A DNA stretch of 64,000 nucleotides from a virus (taxonomy: Duplodnaviria; Caudoviricetes). Location: the IMG/VR virus record IMGVR_UViG_3300007513_000003. One strand, written 5' to 3'. Position numbers and translations under genes: made by a program. Shown here piece by piece: positions 60,101 through 64,000 of this stretch (position 1 is its first letter; each line of letters starts with the position of its first letter). The notes beneath the pieces were generated by a model. It was not told the DNA's origin. It made no database searches and saw only the letters and a program-made list of their open reading frames with translations.

Positions 60101-63100
60101 TAGAACATATACTTTAAAATTACACGCAAACACGTCTGTGGGACCGTTAAACGGGTTGGGAGATTCTTTAGCACCGACTCCGACTCGCGGTGAAATTTTA
60201 TTATTAACAAATTCTCGTTATGCTAGTTCTAGTGATTTATATAGCGATGCCGGACCTAGATATGGATGGTTAGATGGGGATTTGGCTTGGATTGATGACT
60301 ATAACGATACAGGAAAATGGGCAGTACTTGAAAAGAAGAATCCATTTACGTTGAGAGAACAACTTTATCCTACCGGCAAGCCGGCTAATACTGGATTTGG
60401 TCAGGCTATCTCAACCAACAAGGATACATCTACGCTGTTGGTTGGATCTGTACATGACGGCACGTCAGCCGGTAATATTGAACAATGGACAAGAACTATT
60501 AAAACAGTCTTTGATGTAACAAGTATTTTTGTAAGTGGAGATGGCTCACTAACATCAGGACATTTAAGTGAATCAGGATTTTTATTAACAATTAATACAG
60601 ATGGTTTACCTAAGCCTGCACCATTTGGTGTATTTCCTAGTGATGCTAATCCTAATAGAATTAATAGTAAAACTTTTGAACATACGTTTAATATACGTGT
60701 TGGTACAAATACTACTACAAGCTCCCCAAAAGAAATTGGTCTAGGCGGCATTGGCATTGCAGCCAATGGTGTAACTTTTGTAAGTCCAATTATTGACGGG
60801 AATTTGACAAACGACACAGGGCCAGCAAAAGGCGTAGCACCAGGCAATTGGAAATGGAACGCGATAGTAAACAGAACAAATTTGGGATTAGACGCGAGTG
60901 ACGGCCACCCACAAGAAGATGGTGAGTATCATTACCATAGTGGTAAGTTTTTAAGCCAATGGAATAGCGGAGTCTATACAGAAAATAATTATTATAATAA
61001 CACGAATTACAGCGGAGACCATTGGAGACATGCAGATGGACACTCTAAGATTATAGGCTACGCATACGACGGTTATCCAATTTATGGACCATTCGGTTAC
61101 CAAACTCCTGGAAATTCTACAACAACACCTGTACGTATGACATCTTCTTATCGTACACACTCATCACCGTTAAGTGAAAGAGGATACAATTATACAGTTT
61201 ATCCTGTTGGTTCATTTATAGAAGATCATTATTATTTAGATGGTGTCGGAACTTTAGACAAACACAATGGTCGTTATTGTGTAACCCCTGATTATCCTGA
61301 TGGCACCTATGCATACTTTTTAACTATAAAAGTAGACGGAACTCCTGTATATCCTTATATCGTAGGACCTACATTTAAAGAACAACCTGTTTTAGAAACA
61401 GACACAGTGCCTAGTGATCCAGGAGGAAGTAACACACAAACAATTAATATTGCACCTACCAACTTTACTTTTGATAGTAATATAGTAGATGGCACTAAAC
61501 TTTATAACAGTGGTTTGTTGGGGTGGCAGTTTGACAACACGAAAGAACATGATTACTTAGTTACTTCTGCACCAGGTAGTAATTCTAAAGAAGGCTATGC
61601 GATTATCTTAAAACAAAAAGATGATAAAACATATGAAGCGTTTGACGTATTGCGATCACCGTCGCCTACAACTAGCGGCTTTTTTGGATATGATGTTTCT
61701 ATTAGTAATAATGGATATCTAGTAGTTGGTGCGCCGGGAGAATTAAAATCCTATGTTTACAAATTAGTAACAGGAATAACTTCTTCTAGTGAGTTCTTTA
61801 ACGGTACAGGCGCCACACCTACATTTGCTACAACAATATCATATGGTGACGATAAAGAAATCACTGTTTATGTGGATGGCCATATTAAAATTCAAGGTTT
61901 GGATTACACATTAGCACCTGGCAGTATTACTTTTATAAGTGGATTCCCGCCAATTGGTTCTAACAATGTAGAAATGCGTAAGGGAAATTACTATAATTTG
62001 ATACAAACATTATCGGGTGTTAGCGGAACAGACTTTGGTAGAAGTGTTGCTATAACTGATGATGGCGCATACGTATTTGTTGGCCAACCAAATATAGAGA
62101 AAAGCGGAAACTTGCAAGTAGGTTCTACTAAGGTATACGGAAAGTCACCGAATGATTCATTTAATGAAGTCCAAGAATTGACCAGTGGCGTAACATCTGA
62201 ACTTGAATTTTTTGGAAAACAAGTAGAAGCAGGCGCATTCGGGCATATTGTTGCTGTTGGTGCTACCGGCGCTGATTATGCATATATAAATGAAACAGCT
62301 AAACTTGCTGTTAACACAGGTGAAGTAGATTACTTTATTGATTATGCTAGAGTGTCCGGCACACTTACCGGCACTGTGGCTAATCCAACGGTTAGTATAG
62401 GCGATCAAATTGTTATAAATGGAACACAAGTTACATTTACAGGCACTGCGTTGGCCGATGTAGTGCAAGATATTAATGATGCTGGTATGTATTTTGTTAC
62501 TGCGGAAAGCACATCAGATAATAAATTAAAAATTACTAGCACCAGCACCACTACAAATAATAAACTTGCTGTTACAGTAGGTAATACAAATGGTGTAGCA
62601 GTGTTTACAGCACTAGGAATTACACCTTATGAATTTAAAGCATCGTTAGTTCATCCTGATGGTTTTCAGAATGCATTTTATGGTGAGCGAATTAAATTTA
62701 ATGAAGACGCCTCTAATATTTTAATTAGTAGTCCTGTATCAAATTCAATTGTTGATCTTAATATGGACAATTCTTTAACAACGTTTGACCAAGGAAATAC
62801 ACTTATAAGTGATGAACAATTAGAATCAGGATCTGCGTTAATATATGATATTAATAGTGATATGTCGTATTCACTATTGCAACGATTAGATTGGAAAGAA
62901 CGTAGACAATATGACAAATATGGCACAGGTATTGGTCTAACAAATAATACAGCTTTTATAGGTGCTCCTGGCGATGATTATTTTGAAATTGAAGAAAAGA
63001 CCGGCGATGGAGTAACTACAGCGTTTGCAATTACCGGTCAATATAGTACAGATAAAATTGAAATTTTTATTAATAATAAAAAAATTCTAACAGGCTTTAC

Positions 63101-64000
63101 TAGTGACAACGCTTCACCTAACAGTACTATTACATTTGATACTGCTCCAGTTGCATACACCATTAAAATTTACAAGTATACATCTAATACAGGGTCAGTT
63201 ATAGAAGCAATAAACACGGGAGACAAGGACGCTTGGACTATTAAACGACAAGAAACTAATAAAATTGATATTGATAACATTAACCAAGTGTTTACATATG
63301 ATCATAAAAATAATAAGTTTATAGAGTATGTGGAAGTTTTAGATCCTGTTAAAGGAAAGATACCAGGAATAGCAGATCAAGAAATTAGTTTCAAAACGTT
63401 TTATGATCCTGCTGTTTATAATACTGCTTCAAACCTACTAGTGACAACTAATTCTAAACACCATTGGGGGCCAAACGAAGTTGGCACATTGTGGTGGGAT
63501 TTAACAAATACAAAATATGTTGATTATGAGCAGGGTGATCTGGAATATAGAAAAAATAATTGGGGTAAGCTATTTCCAGGAACACAAATCAATATTTATG
63601 AATGGGTTGAGAGTGATACGTTACCATCAAATTATGTATCATTGTTAGGTGATGGGAATCCTAAATTTGTTGATGATAGTGCATATGTTGAATATGTTAG
63701 AAAAGATGAAGCAACTGGACTATTAGAACCAGTATACTATTATTGGGTTGCTAATAAAACTACTGTGCCGCCTATACCTAGAACATATTTGAATGCAGCT
63801 GGCCAAATTAGATTTACATCGCGAGGTAAAGAAATTGAGTTGAATAGTTTTATTCCGGCCGCAACAAGAAAACTTCCGGCTGACACAGTAGCAAATATTA
63901 TTAAAGATCCTGCAGGTTATGGGTTAAAATATATTGGATTAGTAGATCAAAATGCTATTGTTGGATATAATCTAAATAAAAATTTGGTTAACGATAACAT
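54138..64000 (+). CDS. Giant baseplate/wedge structural protein (>3280 aa, runs off window; absent from ORF track); contains FG-GAP-like propeller repeats and a YHYH domain
   Basis: ATG 54138 (MAIRKTVNLLP); spot translations at 60361, 60901, 61681 and 63961 are in the same frame; GEYHYHSG, IIGYAYDGYPIYGPFG, YPDGTYAYF; FGYDVSIS..LVVGAPG. Confidence 0.85.
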   Translation, partial: MAIRKTVNLLPNQFQTEVNKKFLNSTLDQLLSPGTLDIVNGFVGRRDVDNFKTTDSYLLESTADRTNYQLEPAFTIKKDAANLRFTDRLHSGTSHVLGQSAYDYAATYIDLINAVKSRGGNSFDHDKIFSSEYYVWTPPIDLDKITSYARYFWLQDGPDVVEITDKLNIDSEVLGKKNFTTTTGNIKFTNGLKVKFTHADTQPTTYYNKEYIVANVGKSIELIEWNSLITPESNVYSLGKDYITIKPGSIDGNQWSNNNRWFHEDIIAKTAEYNKTVPVYNSALRAKRPIIEFDKDLKLYNFGVSKLTNVDLVDTLFTDAFSNLEGSAKAGTFIDGVAVEAGQKIVFTKDEDSFVNGFIYEIQIVTIGGVETIHLEKITTVADPVEGNTLIAKLGNNAGSQWYYKNNAWIKGQIKSKLNQAPLFDMFDNAGNSFSTYTNSKFAGTTVFSYAINSAGVADTELGFGLTYRNFNNIGDIVFHDNIIKDSFVYTSDVLNNISANIRLAKGFLHKSTSITQYNVLNNWTKAPFESRQFVQQTISVGTELKQFKVTTTPKAETIAKNLIVTVNGKLQVKGDNSETTKDFYIVVNDGVQFINFTRDLVKEDIVVIKSYTDDLIETLVDGETYTIPINLNNNPLNNLDTTTTFTLGQIRDHVGTCVENSLDFDGVFFGYNNLRDIGDINTLGVKIIQNSASLAKAGYILTNNEYDFFASIDHAEIEYNKFKNLFLQTADKLQYNDNPATFVDLILITMFAGKNSTMPYYDSDMVPFSTDNTETTYVVFDIDNKKFELKRTYNDTTPGQTAVLIYHNDVLLIKDQDYTFSTTTPFVTLTDSVTLVANDKIKLVEYNTTLGNFIPPTPTKLGLYPKYTPKKYTDNSYVTSISAIQGHDGSIIPAYGDYKDDVLLELEKKIYNNIKATYNKDLLSKFEIIPGHIRKLPFTLDDINIITSAFLSQWAYRNNVNYTDNTHYDSSNPYTWNYSLVKNKLNSSEFLPGSWRGIYKYFYDTDRPHSHPWEMLGFFEKPSWWEKEYGPAPYTKDNLILWQDLEDGKIVSGPDAGTYDKYKRTGMVANYIPVDSSGALLNPREIGLTGVIDTDTTSDWKAGDDGPAETAWKRSSSYPFAVQKLFALTKPAKYFELMYDVSNVTKNLVGHYVDKDTGLFLVPNSVKTNGFVNTDKSIDYTLGYGNWLVDHAKYLSSDTVKLNTNLNTLSLNLAYKIAGFTDKEKLKIILEQISPTRSSNDIFVPQEDYSLYLLEGKPLAKINYSGLLIERTHTGYIIDGYSVDTPYFNILKSITTSGNTRQVSVGGIQLDSIPYELGKEYAIGQVVEVGQNTFYIVNAEFTATNNFDDDRQYLTSTPTVPTQGGITVLHHDDFQSTTTKVPYKTEYNTIQDVYDFIISYGRYLESVGLVFDNVSDDFGQIEDWDNSAREFLFWTQANFGPGSLITMSAGSNTFKFNLNQTQVSNLVSNILPSSVINQNKQRIAIQDLFYYREDNMFQLSSSEEVDGIFACTLNPIQTEHLLILENETVFKDVIWNLTTGSRQNRIKLVGYKTRLWDGTQQLPGYILLDDSVEVWNVNYSYQIGDIIKFKNKFYATNVSHSPTDLTELGKFDFSKWKLLDKVETGLLPNLDTKADQFRSFYEVEEDARMSSLDKLSTNLIGYQSRRYLENLQIDDTAQKKFYQGFLKEKGTSSVVNKLLRAKVPALDTTIDLYEEWAFRIGEYGSVDSTQTIDLYLEENKFKESPDLIELINSDEQYKDIHITVRPEDLHQRPQEPLYYSKNIFKHKTDNISNRLTLPTAGHVRTDDSEHSVLTLSDWVSSNIITITESIDIQTELLGRKSYTTNDSVQLYNGSVVFFSSSQITPSSYKGKNFVVSGVGESIQLTEKTEFLNSLKIGDKIWVANADSYPPQFEEDSKDWAMYRITNANNSPIAVAKDNNNELTVTFTYPIGKILEGDYIILRKFYNTADQSIDFSGVYKVKENLLSSRTYTLKLHANTSVGPLNGLGDSLAPTPTRGEILLLTNSRYASSSDLYSDAGPRYGWLDGDLAWIDDYNDTGKWAVLEKKNPFTLREQLYPTGKPANTGFGQAISTNKDTSTLLVGSVHDGTSAGNIEQWTRTIKTVFDVTSIFVSGDGSLTSGHLSESGFLLTINTDGLPKPAPFGVFPSDANPNRINSKTFEHTFNIRVGTNTTTSSPKEIGLGGIGIAANGVTFVSPIIDGNLTNDTGPAKGVAPGNWKWNAIVNRTNLGLDASDGHPQEDGEYHYHSGKFLSQWNSGVYTENNYYNNTNYSGDHWRHADGHSKIIGYAYDGYPIYGPFGYQTPGNSTTTPVRMTSSYRTHSSPLSERGYNYTVYPVGSFIEDHYYLDGVGTLDKHNGRYCVTPDYPDGTYAYFLTIKVDGTPVYPYIVGPTFKEQPVLETDTVPSDPGGSNTQTINIAPTNFTFDSNIVDGTKLYNSGLLGWQFDNTKEHDYLVTSAPGSNSKEGYAIILKQKDDKTYEAFDVLRSPSPTTSGFFGYDVSISNNGYLVVGAPGELKSYVYKLVTGITSSSEFFNGTGATPTFATTISYGDDKEITVYVDGHIKIQGLDYTLAPGSITFISGFPPIGSNNVEMRKGNYYNLIQTLSGVSGTDFGRSVAITDDGAYVFVGQPNIEKSGNLQVGSTKVYGKSPNDSFNEVQELTSGVTSELEFFGKQVEAGAFGHIVAVGATGADYAYINETAKLAVNTGEVDYFIDYARVSGTLTGTVANPTVSIGDQIVINGTQVTFTGTALADVVQDINDAGMYFVTAESTSDNKLKITSTSTTTNNKLAVTVGNTNGVAVFTALGITPYEFKASLVHPDGFQNAFYGERIKFNEDASNILISSPVSNSIVDLNMDNSLTTFDQGNTLISDEQLESGSALIYDINSDMSYSLLQRLDWKERRQYDKYGTGIGLTNNTAFIGAPGDDYFEIEEKTGDGVTTAFAITGQYSTDKIEIFINNKKILTGFTSDNASPNSTITFDTAPVAYTIKIYKYTSNTGSVIEAINTGDKDAWTIKRQETNKIDIDNINQVFTYDHKNNKFIEYVEVLDPVKGKIPGIADQEISFKTFYDPAVYNTASNLLVTTNSKHHWGPNEVGTLWWDLTNTKYVDYEQGDLEYRKNNWGKLFPGTQINIYEWVESDTLPSNYVSLLGDGNPKFVDDSAYVEYVRKDEATGLLEPVYYYWVANKTTVPPIPRTYLNAAGQIRFTSRGKEIELNSFIPAATRKLPADTVANIIKDPAGYGLKYIGLVDQNAIVGYNLNKNLVNDN

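Noticed and set aside
1-64000. tRNA, tmRNA, CRISPR array, integrase/att site, intein, stop-codon recoding
   Set aside because: No T-loop/CCA cloverleaf, regularly spaced repeats or recombinase motifs seen; portal, capsid and gp46 are uninterrupted; genes are full length in the standard code

Overview
Morphogenesis and late-transcription region of a large T4-like (contractile-tailed, probably jumbo) dsDNA phage; AT-rich, standard genetic code, host not determinable from this window. Recognisable genes: head (portal gp20, prohead core, protease gp21, scaffold gp22, major capsid gp23), neck (gp13/14/15), tail (sheath gp18, tube gp19 plus paralogues, tape measure), baseplate (gp53, hub, gp5, gp25, gp6, and a >3280-aa wedge-like ORF running off the right edge), fibres, gp46/gp47, gp55-like late sigma, dNMP kinase, Nudix, HNH, and several modification enzymes. 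Late TA(T)AAATA promoters and three near-consensus sigma70 promoters are visible. No tRNA, rRNA, CRISPR array, integrase or reverse transcriptase was seen. The most unusual stretch is 37.7-40.3 kb. It holds a canonical -1 slippery site that would fuse a gp26-like gene to a start-less gp51/gpT-like ORF next to the tape measure gene (a lambda G/GT-type arrangement in a T4-like phage), two convergent unannotated membrane peptides sharing a motif, a DUF1415-like gene, an ATE1/Bpt-like aminoacyl-transferase, and a ~430-nt GC-rich structured non-coding element (candidate ncRNA or RNA-primed origin). All family assignments come from motif recognition by eye, not database searches.
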